NCBI GenBank assembly: GCA_038322045.1
Contig: JBBQFP010000008.1
Location: forward strand, 9,622 to 73,621
Direction: 5' to 3'
Source of the DNA: Actinomycetes bacterium
Lineage (GTDB): Bacteria > Actinomycetota > Actinomycetes > JBBQFP01
DNA length: 64,000 nt
Shown: piece by piece, positions 1 to 8,467 of the stretch
Layout: each line of letters begins with the position of its first letter
Numbering within the stretch: position 1 is the first letter of the stretch
Made by a program: the position numbers and the translations under genes
The notes under the pieces: model-generated
What the model was told of the DNA's origin: nothing
The model's database searches: none
What the model saw: the letters and a program-made list of their open reading frames with translations, nothing else

Positions 1-169
1 ACCTGGCCTCATTTCGGTAACGGTTTGGCTTCATCGGCACCCTACGCTGCTGTCGAGGTGGTCGCACCCCTTGACTGGGGGGCTGATGGCAGGGAGGATC
101 CGTCCATCGGTCAGGTGTTTGACTTAATGGGCATCTGATCTTCGCCCGTCCGCCGTCCGGAGGCATTCC

Positions 170-1498
170 ATGAGTCACCACGACCTGTCTGCGCCCAACC
201 CCTCGATCGTGGCGCTGTCCCGGCGACGCCTTCTCGGCCTAGCCGGCGCGACCGGGATCGGCTTGACGCTCTCGGCCTGCGGCATCGGAGGCGGTGGTAC
301 CAGCAGCTCTGGTGGTGACAACACCGGAACGATCAATGCGCTGTTCATGAAACAGGCTGGCTTCAGCGAGGCCGACATCCTCGCGATGACGAAAGCCTTC
401 CAGGGCGTCAACCCCAAGATCAAGGTCAACCCCACGTTCGTGGCTTACGAGGCACTGCACGACAAGACGGTGGCCGCTGCCCCGGCCGGAACCTACGACG
501 TGGTGCTCATCGATGTGATCTGGCCTGCCGAGTTCGGCTCGAAGAAGATCGTCTCGGACGTCACCTCGAAATACCCAGACGCCTGGAAGGGGGAGATGTT
601 CGGCGGCGCGCTGCAGACGGCTCTCTACCAGGACAAGTACTACGGCGTCCCGTGGATCTTGGACACCAAGTACTTCTACTCGAACAAGGACCTGATGGCC
701 AAGGCCGGCGTCGAGCCTGCCAGCCTGGCCTCGTGGGACGGGGTCATCGCCGCGGCTCGACAGATGAAGTCGAAGGGAGTGGTGGACTACCCGCTGGTGT
801 GGAGCTGGTCGCAGGCGGAGGCGCTCATGTGCGACTACACCCAGCTGCTGGGAGCGTTCGGCGGGAAGTTCCTCTCTGACGACGGCTCGAAGGCCGCGTT
901 CAACTCCGGCGGCGGCGTCGCGGCCCTGGAGTTCATGCAGATGACCCTGAAGGACAAGTTGAGCAACCCCTCCTCGACCCAGGCCCTTGAGGAGGACGTG
1001 CGCAAGGTCATCAGCCAGGGTCAGGCGGCTTTCGCGCTGAACTGGACCTACATGTTCGGCATGGCCAACGACCCGAAAGAGAGCCAGGTCGTCGGAAAGC
1101 TGGCGATCGGTCAGACCCCTTCCGGGCCGGCTGGGCGCCCGGGGGTCAACGGCAGCATGGCCTTGGCGGTCAGCGCAGGAAGCAAGAACCAGAAGGCGGC
1201 CTGGACCTACATCGAGTTCCTTACCAGCCAGGACCAGCAGAACAAGTACGCCAAGGATTCACTTCCGGTGTGGAAGTCCTCCTACACCGACCCTGCGGTC
1301 ATCGAGACCAACCCGCAGACGGTGGCCGCCGCAAGCAAGCAGCTCGACTCCATGATCCTTCGTCCAACCGTGCCCAACTACAACGCTGTCTCCCAAAAGA
1401 TGCAAGCAGAGATCCAGAAATGCCTGCTTGGTAGCAAGACCGCGCAGCAGGCTCTGGACGACGCGGCCAAGGCTGCCGACGACATCCTGGCCAGCTGA
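170..1498 (+). CDS. ABC transporter extracellular solute-binding protein (family 1, sugar-type), Tat/lipoprotein signal
   Basis: 442-aa ORF. The N-terminus SRRRLLGLAGATGIGLTLSAC has a twin-arginine motif and a lipobox Cys. It is followed directly by two MalF/MalG-type permease genes. Confidence 0.85.
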   Translation: MSHHDLSAPNPSIVALSRRRLLGLAGATGIGLTLSACGIGGGGTSSSGGDNTGTINALFMKQAGFSEADILAMTKAFQGVNPKIKVNPTFVAYEALHDKTVAAAPAGTYDVVLIDVIWPAEFGSKKIVSDVTSKYPDAWKGEMFGGALQTALYQDKYYGVPWILDTKYFYSNKDLMAKAGVEPASLASWDGVIAAARQMKSKGVVDYPLVWSWSQAEALMCDYTQLLGAFGGKFLSDDGSKAAFNSGGGVAALEFMQMTLKDKLSNPSSTQALEEDVRKVISQGQAAFALNWTYMFGMANDPKESQVVGKLAIGQTPSGPAGRPGVNGSMALAVSAGSKNQKAAWTYIEFLTSQDQQNKYAKDSLPVWKSSYTDPAVIETNPQTVAAASKQLDSMILRPTVPNYNAVSQKMQAEIQKCLLGSKTAQQALDDAAKAADDILAS

Positions 1499-1503
1499 CC
1501 ATC

Positions 1504-2427
1504 ATGACCGGGCTCCGGCGGGCCGCCCGCAAGCGGCCCACCGGGGCTCGCATGGAGGCCAGGCTCGCGCTAGTCCTTCTGCTGCCCAGCGTGGTCGTGG
1601 TCTTCGGCATCGTTGTCTACCCGATGTTGCGCACCCTGCTCATCTCGTTCTTCAACGTGGATACTCCGTTCGGCGGGCGATTTCCCTTCGTGGGCCTGGA
1701 CAACTACACCTCGATCTTGACCAGCCCGGACTTCTGGGCGACGACCCGCCGCACTCTGTACTTCACGCTCGTCTCCACCGGCCTCGAGCTGGTCCTGGGG
1801 ATCGGCCTAGCCCTGCTGCTGATCGCCCCGTTGCGGGGACGCTGGCTCCTGCGGGCGCTGGTGGTTCTGCCCTGGGCCTTGCCGACGATCGTCAACGGCA
1901 GCTTGTGGCGATCGATCTTCGACGCGCAGTACGGGGCTCTGAACGCGGTCCTGACCCAACTGCACGTGACCGAGACCTACCACGCCTGGCTCGGCACGCC
2001 CTTCATGGCGCTGAACCTGGTGATCCTGGCGGACGTGTGGAAGAACACCTCACTGGTGGCGTTCTTCCTCCTCGCCGGCTTGCAGACCATCCCTCGCGAC
2101 ATCTACGAGCAGGCACGGGTGGACGGCGCTGGTGCGGTGCGCAGCTTCTTCTCCATCACTCTGCCGTTGCTGGTGCCGAGCATCTCGATCGTGCTGGTGC
2201 TGCGCACCATCGAGGCGTTCAAGGTCTTCGACATCATCTACATCATGACCCGCGGCGGTCCCGCCAGCGGAACGCAGACCATCGCGTTCTACACCTACCT
2301 GCAGGCCTTCTCCGACCAGCGCTTCGGCTACGGCTCAGCCCTGGCCTACCTGATCGTGGTGATCATCCTGATGCTCTCGGCCCTGTATCTGCGCCTGCTT
2401 CGCAGCAACGAGATGAGCGCGCTGTGA
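1504..2427 (+). CDS. ABC sugar transporter permease (MalF/UgpA-like)
   Basis: 307-aa multi-TM ORF with a permease EAA-loop-like region (YEQARVDGAGAVRSFFSITLP). Starts 5 nt after the binding-protein gene. Confidence 0.85.
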   Translation: MTGLRRAARKRPTGARMEARLALVLLLPSVVVVFGIVVYPMLRTLLISFFNVDTPFGGRFPFVGLDNYTSILTSPDFWATTRRTLYFTLVSTGLELVLGIGLALLLIAPLRGRWLLRALVVLPWALPTIVNGSLWRSIFDAQYGALNAVLTQLHVTETYHAWLGTPFMALNLVILADVWKNTSLVAFFLLAGLQTIPRDIYEQARVDGAGAVRSFFSITLPLLVPSISIVLVLRTIEAFKVFDIIYIMTRGGPASGTQTIAFYTYLQAFSDQRFGYGSALAYLIVVIILMLSALYLRLLRSNEMSAL

Positions 2428-3272
2428 AACCCCGACGCTCCTACCTGGTGTTCATCCACATCGCTGCGGTCGCGGTCGCAGGGCTCATCCTGGCTCCCTT
2501 CGGCTGGCTGCTGTTCGCCAGCCTGTCCAGCCAGAACGACCTGCTGGCCAGGCCACTGAGCTGGATCCCTCGCGACCCCACCCTGGAGCGATACCGGGCC
2601 ATCGCCACCACCAGTGGTGCTGACGTCGCGGGCGCGTTCCGCACGTCCTTGTTGACGAGCACCATCGTCGCGGGCTCGACGGTGGTCATCTCGATGTGCG
2701 TCGGCGTCTTGGGGGCCTACGCCTTCGCGCGGCTACGCTTCCGGCTGCGTCGCATGACCTTGGCCCTGTTCTTGAGCACCTACATGTTGCCGCCGATCGC
2801 GATCATCATCCCGATCTACCTGATTCTCTCCACGGTCGGCCTGCTCGACAGCAAACTGGGACTGATCATCGTCTACTGCTCTTTCGTCACCCCCTTCGTC
2901 CTTTGGATCATGAGCAACTTCTTCCTCAGCCTGCCCCAAGAGCTCGAGGACGCCGCCCGGGTCGACGGCTGCTCCCGACTGGGCGCGCTGTTCCGGATCG
3001 TCCTGCCTATCGCCCGGCCCGGCCTGTTCGCGACGATGATGTTCGCCTTCCTTCTGGCCTGGGACGAGTTCCTCTACGCACTCGTGCTCACGTCCTCGAG
3101 CAATGCGAAGACCGTGCCGGTGGCCATCGCGGAGTTCACCGGCCGGTTCAGCGTCGACTTCGGTCTGGTCGCTGCCGGGGGGGTGCTCGCGTCAGTGCCC
3201 CCGGTTCTGCTTGCGCTGGCTTTCCAGCGCTACATCGTCGGTGGACTCACATCCGGCGCCGTGAAGGGATGA
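2424..3272 (+). CDS. ABC sugar transporter permease (MalG/UgpE-like)
   Basis: GTG at 2424 overlaps the upstream stop (GTGA). The translation VKPRRSYLVFIHIAAV... is multi-TM and carries LEDAARVDGCSRLGALFRIVLP (EAA loop). The longer track ORF from 1428 is out-of-frame read-through of upstream genes. Confidence 0.85.
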   Translation: MKPRRSYLVFIHIAAVAVAGLILAPFGWLLFASLSSQNDLLARPLSWIPRDPTLERYRAIATTSGADVAGAFRTSLLTSTIVAGSTVVISMCVGVLGAYAFARLRFRLRRMTLALFLSTYMLPPIAIIIPIYLILSTVGLLDSKLGLIIVYCSFVTPFVLWIMSNFFLSLPQELEDAARVDGCSRLGALFRIVLPIARPGLFATMMFAFLLAWDEFLYALVLTSSSNAKTVPVAIAEFTGRFSVDFGLVAAGGVLASVPPVLLALAFQRYIVGGLTSGAVKG

Positions 3273-4294
3273 CCATGACCACCAGCTACACCAGCGTCGT
3301 CCGCGCTCAGGCCGAGAACCTGCGCAACTCAGCGCAGACCGTGCGGCAGTCACTCGACCAGCTTGACCTCGCCTCGTGGACGCAAGGACGGGTGGCGGTG
3401 GTCGGGATGGGCGCGAGCCATCACGCCGCGCACGCCTTGGTGGCTCATCTGCGCACGCACGGACGCAGCGCTTACGCCATCGGAGCCAGCGAGCTCATGA
3501 CGACGACGCCGTCGGACCTGGCCGAGCGCTACCTGGTGGTGTCCGAGTCCGGACAGAGCAGGGAGACTCTCGTCGCGCTCGAGCATCTGCAGGGCCAGCC
3601 AGTCCTCGCGCTCACCAATGATGCGAACTCGCCGGTTGCTCGACAGGCACCAGCCCACGTGACGCTGGGGTGCATGCCCGACAGCCCCGTCTACACCGTC
3701 GGCTACACCTCCACCCTGCAGGCGTTCGGCCTCATCGCCGAGCGCCTCGGCGCGCCCTCCGGCCCGCCGGAGTGGGACGCCCTGCCGGGGTGGTTCGACA
3801 CAGCACTGGCCGATGCGCTGCCCACCGCTACTGCCTTTGCCGCTTCGCTGGACGACACGACATCCTTCGACGTGATCGGCGCGGGGGCCTCATACGCGGC
3901 CGCCTGCGAGAGCGCGCTGCTGCTGCGCGAGGGTGCCCGGCAGCCCGCCACCGCGATCGAGACCTACGAGTATCTGCACGGGCCGATGGAACCCGTCACC
4001 GACGGCTTCGCGTGCATCATCTTCGGCGCGAGGCGTGAGGTCGAGCTTGCGGCGTACGCCGCAAGCATCAGGGCCCGGGTACTGCTCGTGACCACCTCGA
4101 CCGCCGCGCTACCAGACGACGTCACAGTCGTGCGACTCCCCGTCGCCAACCCGCTGCAGCAGGCGGTCTTGGAGATGCCCGCCATCCAGCTGCTCGTCGG
4201 AGAGCTCGCTCGTCGGCGCGGCCTGGCGATCGATGGGTTCCGCTACCACCAGGACGACACCAAGCTCACCACACTGCGCGCCAGGACAGCTTGA
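3269..4294 (+). CDS. SIS-domain sugar-phosphate isomerase/deglycase-like protein (GlmS C-terminal / FrlB-like)
   Basis: ATG at 3269 overlaps the permease stop (ATGA). Two SIS-like halves are present (VAVVGMGASHHAAHAL..., YLVVSESGQSRETL, FDVIGAGASYAAACESALLLRE). Confidence 0.75.
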   Translation: MTMTTSYTSVVRAQAENLRNSAQTVRQSLDQLDLASWTQGRVAVVGMGASHHAAHALVAHLRTHGRSAYAIGASELMTTTPSDLAERYLVVSESGQSRETLVALEHLQGQPVLALTNDANSPVARQAPAHVTLGCMPDSPVYTVGYTSTLQAFGLIAERLGAPSGPPEWDALPGWFDTALADALPTATAFAASLDDTTSFDVIGAGASYAAACESALLLREGARQPATAIETYEYLHGPMEPVTDGFACIIFGARREVELAAYAASIRARVLLVTTSTAALPDDVTVVRLPVANPLQQAVLEMPAIQLLVGELARRRGLAIDGFRYHQDDTKLTTLRARTA

Positions 4295-4295
4295 G

Positions 4296-5237
4296 ATGCC
4301 CGGTATCGCGATCATCGGCAACGTCAACGCCGACGTCCTGGTCTCCCCGGTGACCCGACTTCCCGTCCCGGGGGGCGACCTGCTCGTCGACGACATCGGC
4401 TTTCGCACCGCCGGCGCAGCCGGCAACGCCTCACTGGCCCTGCACACCCTCGGGGTCGAACACCAGCTGGTAGGGGTCGTCGGAGACGACCCTTTCGGCC
4501 GTCTCATGTTCGAAGAACTCGAAGCCAAAGGCCTCGCCGATCACGTCGCTGTCATCCCCGGTGGACACAGCGGGGTCAGCATCTGCCTCGAGGCCCCGCA
4601 GCGGGAGCGCGCCTTCTTCACCTCACACGGAGTACTCGCCAACTTTTCGCGAAGCTCCATCCCGGTCACCGTCGTCGACAAGGCCATCGTTCTCCTGACC
4701 GGCTATTTCACGCTCCCCGGGCTACGCAACGGCGACGCCACATCATTGCTGCGCGACGTTCGAGCCGCCGGCGGACGCACGATGTTCGACACCGGCTGGT
4801 GCCCCGACGACTGGCCCGCCAGTTCCATCACCGAGGTACGTGATCTGCTACCCCTCGTCGATGTCTTCCTTCCCAACGACGCCGAAGCCGCCGCGCTGAC
4901 CAACGGGGCCCCCCCGGAAACGGCCGCACGCATCCTCGCTCGCCTCAGCCGCGGAACCGTTGTCGTCAAGATCGGCAAGGACGGCGCACTCGCCAGCCGA
5001 TCAGGAGCCTCGACGGTGCATGTGCCGGCTCCCGAGGTCAGCGTTCAAGACACCACCGGCGCCGGCGACTCCTTCGACGCGGGGTTCGCGGTGGCGCTGC
5101 TCCAGGGCGCGGATCTCCGCGGCTGTCTCGAGCTCGGGGTAGAACTTGCTTCGGAGTTGGTGAGCCGGCCCAGCCGCGACCGGTACGCCACCCCCGCCGT
5201 GATCGCCTGCCAACCGAGAGGAAGGGTGGAGGTCTAG
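4296..5237 (+). CDS. PfkB-family carbohydrate kinase
   Basis: MPGIAIIGNVNADVL... N-terminus, and a C-terminal DTTGAGDSFDAGF motif typical of ribokinase/PfkB kinases. Starts 1 nt after the SIS gene stop. Confidence 0.8.
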   Translation: MPGIAIIGNVNADVLVSPVTRLPVPGGDLLVDDIGFRTAGAAGNASLALHTLGVEHQLVGVVGDDPFGRLMFEELEAKGLADHVAVIPGGHSGVSICLEAPQRERAFFTSHGVLANFSRSSIPVTVVDKAIVLLTGYFTLPGLRNGDATSLLRDVRAAGGRTMFDTGWCPDDWPASSITEVRDLLPLVDVFLPNDAEAAALTNGAPPETAARILARLSRGTVVVKIGKDGALASRSGASTVHVPAPEVSVQDTTGAGDSFDAGFAVALLQGADLRGCLELGVELASELVSRPSRDRYATPAVIACQPRGRVEV

Positions 5238-5473
5238 GCAAGGAGTTGCGCCTACGACGGTGCATCGTCACCAGCGGGGGACGTCGAGTTCGTCGAGGAC
5301 GAGCAGTCTCTGGTGGCGCACGTCCGGCTCACCCGCGGGGTGTCGGGCTGGTGTGGGCGACGTCAGCGTCGTTCGCCTTGGTATGACCCTGGTGGGGGAC
5401 GGCAGGCTGACGGCGAGAGGTCACCATGGCCCATCTCCACGTCGAGCCTTGCCAGGACCTTGATCAGTTCGTT

Positions 5474-5519
5474 CTTGAATCCCTCAGAGGGGTCGTGGGT
5501 TCGAGTCCACAACGCAGCC
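5474..5519 (+). other. tRNA-like 3' fragment (T-loop box GGTTCGAGTCC), not a complete tRNA
   Basis: The sequence is CTTGAAT CCCTCAGAGGGGTC GTGGGTTCGAGTCCAC AACGCAGCC. The GGTTCGAGTCC box lies at 5498-5508. The T-stem is imperfect (4 bp, 8-nt loop) and no 5' half or acceptor partner is present. It sits in a 550-bp non-coding gap. Confidence 0.3.
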
Positions 5520-5789
5520 TGGATCAGTTCTTGCCTCGGACAGGGGCTCGGGAAGAGTCTCAGCCTTGACATACCGATCGCCGGTCGTCCGGCCGACGAC
5601 GTCGAGGTCCGCAGTCGGTCAACGACCCATCGGGAGCGTCACATGCGCGTTACGAGTGACATACCCGCTTGAGCTGTGCGGGTCGCGGGATCAGCCCTCC
5701 AGCTGTGTCAGCCAGAGGTGTGCCTGGAGATTCGCGTTCAGCTACATCTCCTCACCGCCTCACCATCAGGTTCCGGTCGGCCCGCTAGC

Positions 5790-7301
5790 ATGCGCGGGAT
5801 GAGTAGCGCTTCCTTCGACCGGCTGAGGTTGTCGGCGCTGCGCTACGCCGTCAATGACGAGGCCGAGCAGTATGTCGCCGTGATGCGGGTCTTCACAGCA
5901 GGCACCGCTGGCCTGCTCTCAGACTTGTCCGCCCGCGAGGTCGCCGAACGCCTCGGCAACGAGCACGGCCTTGAGCTCGATGTTGACCTGGTCGACTCCC
6001 GGCTGTCGTACCTGGTCCAGTCGGGCAACCTGGCACGCAGCCCGCGCGAGACCGAGGCTCGCAGCATCCGGGAGTACCTCACGACCCGGGCCCGCTACCA
6101 GCTGACCCAACGCGGTGAGCTCGTCCACCGGCAGGTGGAGGAGCTGCTGAATGCCACTGATGAGGTCCGTGAGGTTTCCACCGAGATGCTCGGTGGTATC
6201 CTGACTGGGTTACGCACCCTGGCCGCATACGACGAGACGTCCCTAGCCGGGGTCGAGCCCGACGTCGTGGCTGCCCAGGTCGCCACGTTGTTCGCGCAGT
6301 TCGAGCGGCTCGTGACAAGCACCCGCGCCTTCTACGCCAGTCTCAGCCAGGTACTCGCGCGCTACGACCTGGGCCGGGAGGACTTCCAGGCCTTCAAAGC
6401 AGCGTTGCTCGACTACCTGCAGCGGTTCGTTGACCAGATCGCCCGCACGATGCCGCAGATCGGTGACCTCATTGAGGCCACCGATCCTGTTCCGCTGCTG
6501 GAGAGGGCCAACACCGGAGCGCGCCTGGTGAACCTCGACGGCTCGCGAGCGGTGCGCTCCACCGGACTGGCGGAGCAGGACTGGGCTGGGCTGACCGCCT
6601 GGTTCCTTGGGGCTCCGGGGCGACGCAGCGATGCCGAGGAGGTCCGGAGACTTGCGACGAAGGCGATGCGTGCCCTGTTGGTGAACCTGCGCAGGCTGTC
6701 GAGCAGCACCGACCGGGAGGTCAGCCGGTACGCCGACCTCCTTCGGCTGGCGCAGTGGTTCGACGCCAGCGACTCCGACCAGGCGGCTGCGCTGTGGGCG
6801 GCAGCGTTCGGCCTCTATCCCTCGCGACATCTGGGCTTCGCGGCCCAGGCCGACGGAGAACCGCTCCCGGCTACCAGCAGCTGGTGGCGGGCACCGGTGG
6901 CCGACGTCCCGGTCATGTTGCGCACCAGCGGAGAACGCAGGTCCACCGGGGCGACTGCCCGACGTGAGGACTTCACTGCCGTCAAGGCGAGACGCCTCCG
7001 CGAACGAGCCGTCTCCGAGGCGGGACGTGCCGCGGCCCTTGCTGAGCTGAAGTCTCACGCGGGCCGGCAGCTCCTGGACCTGCAGATCAGCGATGGGGCG
7101 AGGGTGCAGCTGCTGGAGCTGCACGCTCGTGCCCTGGCCGGTGCTGGTGGACCGCTGGCCGGCAAGGCGGTGGCGACCGCGGCGCTGCCGGACGGCACCG
7201 TCCTGGAGCTGCACGTCCGTCCTACGCCGGGCACGGACGCAATCATCAAGAGCCCGTCCGGCACTCTGCGTCTGCACGATCTGACCCTTGAGCTCGCATG
7301 A
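5790..7301 (+). CDS. jetA: Wadjet type II JetA (DUF2397/TIGR02677-like)
   Basis: About 500-aa helical protein starting MRGMSSASFDRLRLSALRYAVNDEAEQYVAVMRVF. It is the first gene of a four-gene, translationally coupled set (ATGA overlap with the next gene). The start could be 5790 or 5799. Confidence 0.8.
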   Translation: MRGMSSASFDRLRLSALRYAVNDEAEQYVAVMRVFTAGTAGLLSDLSAREVAERLGNEHGLELDVDLVDSRLSYLVQSGNLARSPRETEARSIREYLTTRARYQLTQRGELVHRQVEELLNATDEVREVSTEMLGGILTGLRTLAAYDETSLAGVEPDVVAAQVATLFAQFERLVTSTRAFYASLSQVLARYDLGREDFQAFKAALLDYLQRFVDQIARTMPQIGDLIEATDPVPLLERANTGARLVNLDGSRAVRSTGLAEQDWAGLTAWFLGAPGRRSDAEEVRRLATKAMRALLVNLRRLSSSTDREVSRYADLLRLAQWFDASDSDQAAALWAAAFGLYPSRHLGFAAQADGEPLPATSSWWRAPVADVPVMLRTSGERRSTGATARREDFTAVKARRLRERAVSEAGRAAALAELKSHAGRQLLDLQISDGARVQLLELHARALAGAGGPLAGKAVATAALPDGTVLELHVRPTPGTDAIIKSPSGTLRLHDLTLELA

Positions 7302-8467
7302 CGGTCGAGGACACTCAGGTGGCGGCCGAACGGCGAACCGCCTTGCGGGCGCTACTGATGCAGCCACTCCTGACGGACGAGCGGTCCGCTGACGACCTGC
7401 TGCTGGTACGGCGACACCGTGAGCACCTGATCCGGTTGTGCACCGAAGGCCTTGGTTACCGGCTGGTCGTGGAACCCAAGGCCGCCCGGCTCTACAAGGC
7501 TGGCCTCGGGCGCGACGCTACCCGTTCGTTGCGCAAGCCGATCACCCGCGGTCGGGGCCGGCGGTTCGAACCGCGCGCGTACGCCCTGCTGTGCCTGACT
7601 CTGGCAGCGCTGACCCGCTGCCCGGGGCAGCTGCTGCTCGACGAGCTCGTTGCCCAGGTCCGCAGTGCGGTCGCCGACGCCGGTCTCGACGTCGACCTCG
7701 ACAAGGCGGTCGATCGCCGAGCGATGGCGGCCGCGTTGGCGGTCCTGATTGCGCTCGGGGTGCTCGTCGAGCGCGACGGCGACTTGACCCGTTGGGTCGA
7801 GGACGGCGGGGCGCAGAGCCTGCTCGACGTACGTCGTGACCGGCTGACTCTCCTTGCCGCATCAGGCCTTTCGGGTGCGACAAGCCCCGCGGACCTGCTC
7901 GACGCGGCGGCGTTGCCGAGCGCCGCAGGTGGTGCCCGGGTCGCGGTCCGGCGGGCCTTGATGGAGTCACCGCTGCTGTCGCTGACCGACCTGACCGAGG
8001 ATCAGGCTGAGTGGTGGAGCCGCAACCGCAACCGCGAGACCGAGTGGTTCCGCGAACACCTCGGTCTCGAGCTGGAGCTGCGAGCCGAGGGAGCCCTGGC
8101 CATCGACCCCGACGAGACCCTCACGGACGTGGTGTTCCCGGGTACCGGCTCGCAGCGGCACGCCGCCCTCCTCGTCCTCGAGCAGCTCGTGGGTCTGGTT
8201 CGCGAGGATGCCCGGTCGGCCGAGCTCACCGACCGGGTATGGCGGGTCGTCCCCGAAGGCGCGTTCGAGCAGGCTGTCCGTTCGGTCGTCGCAGAGCACG
8301 GCCGCGGCCTGCGGAAGGCCTACGCAGACGCGGAAGTGCTCAGTGAGGACGTTCTCGACGTGCTGACCGAGTCAGGGCTGCTACGACGTACTGCTGACGG
8401 TCTAGCTGTTCACGCCGCGGCGGCGAGGTACGCGCCCCAGACTTCCTACGCAGAGGGACTCTTCTGA
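7298..8467 (+). CDS. jetB: Wadjet type II JetB (DUF2398/TIGR02678-like)
   Basis: 389-aa ORF between jetA and the SMC-like ATPase gene. Its start and stop overlap both neighbours. Confidence 0.8.
   Translation: MTVEDTQVAAERRTALRALLMQPLLTDERSADDLLLVRRHREHLIRLCTEGLGYRLVVEPKAARLYKAGLGRDATRSLRKPITRGRGRRFEPRAYALLCLTLAALTRCPGQLLLDELVAQVRSAVADAGLDVDLDKAVDRRAMAAALAVLIALGVLVERDGDLTRWVEDGGAQSLLDVRRDRLTLLAASGLSGATSPADLLDAAALPSAAGGARVAVRRALMESPLLSLTDLTEDQAEWWSRNRNRETEWFREHLGLELELRAEGALAIDPDETLTDVVFPGTGSQRHAALLVLEQLVGLVREDARSAELTDRVWRVVPEGAFEQAVRSVVAEHGRGLRKAYADAEVLSEDVLDVLTESGLLRRTADGLAVHAAAARYAPQTSYAEGLF

Noticed and set aside
5250-5480. Minus-strand fragment ...GFKNELIKVLARLDVEMGHGDLS..., faintly reminiscent of HicA toxins (ELIK.LE..GF....GSH) or of an integrase C-terminus. 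It lies next to the tRNA-like fragment.
   Set aside because: The similarity covers only a few residues and the frame collapses within 30 codons. Neither catalytic nor signature residues can be identified. It needs a blastx search before any call.
6243-7367. 374-aa minus-strand ORF antisense to jetA/jetB. The track has many similar long ORFs, e.g. 8896-9693, 9942-10670, 10951-11778, 12230-13279, 16595-17602 and 17209-18219.
   Set aside because: They are Arg/Pro/Ala/Gly-rich with no recognisable motifs, and they lie entirely opposite or out of frame with well-supported genes. This is the usual stop-codon-poor artefact of very GC-rich DNA.
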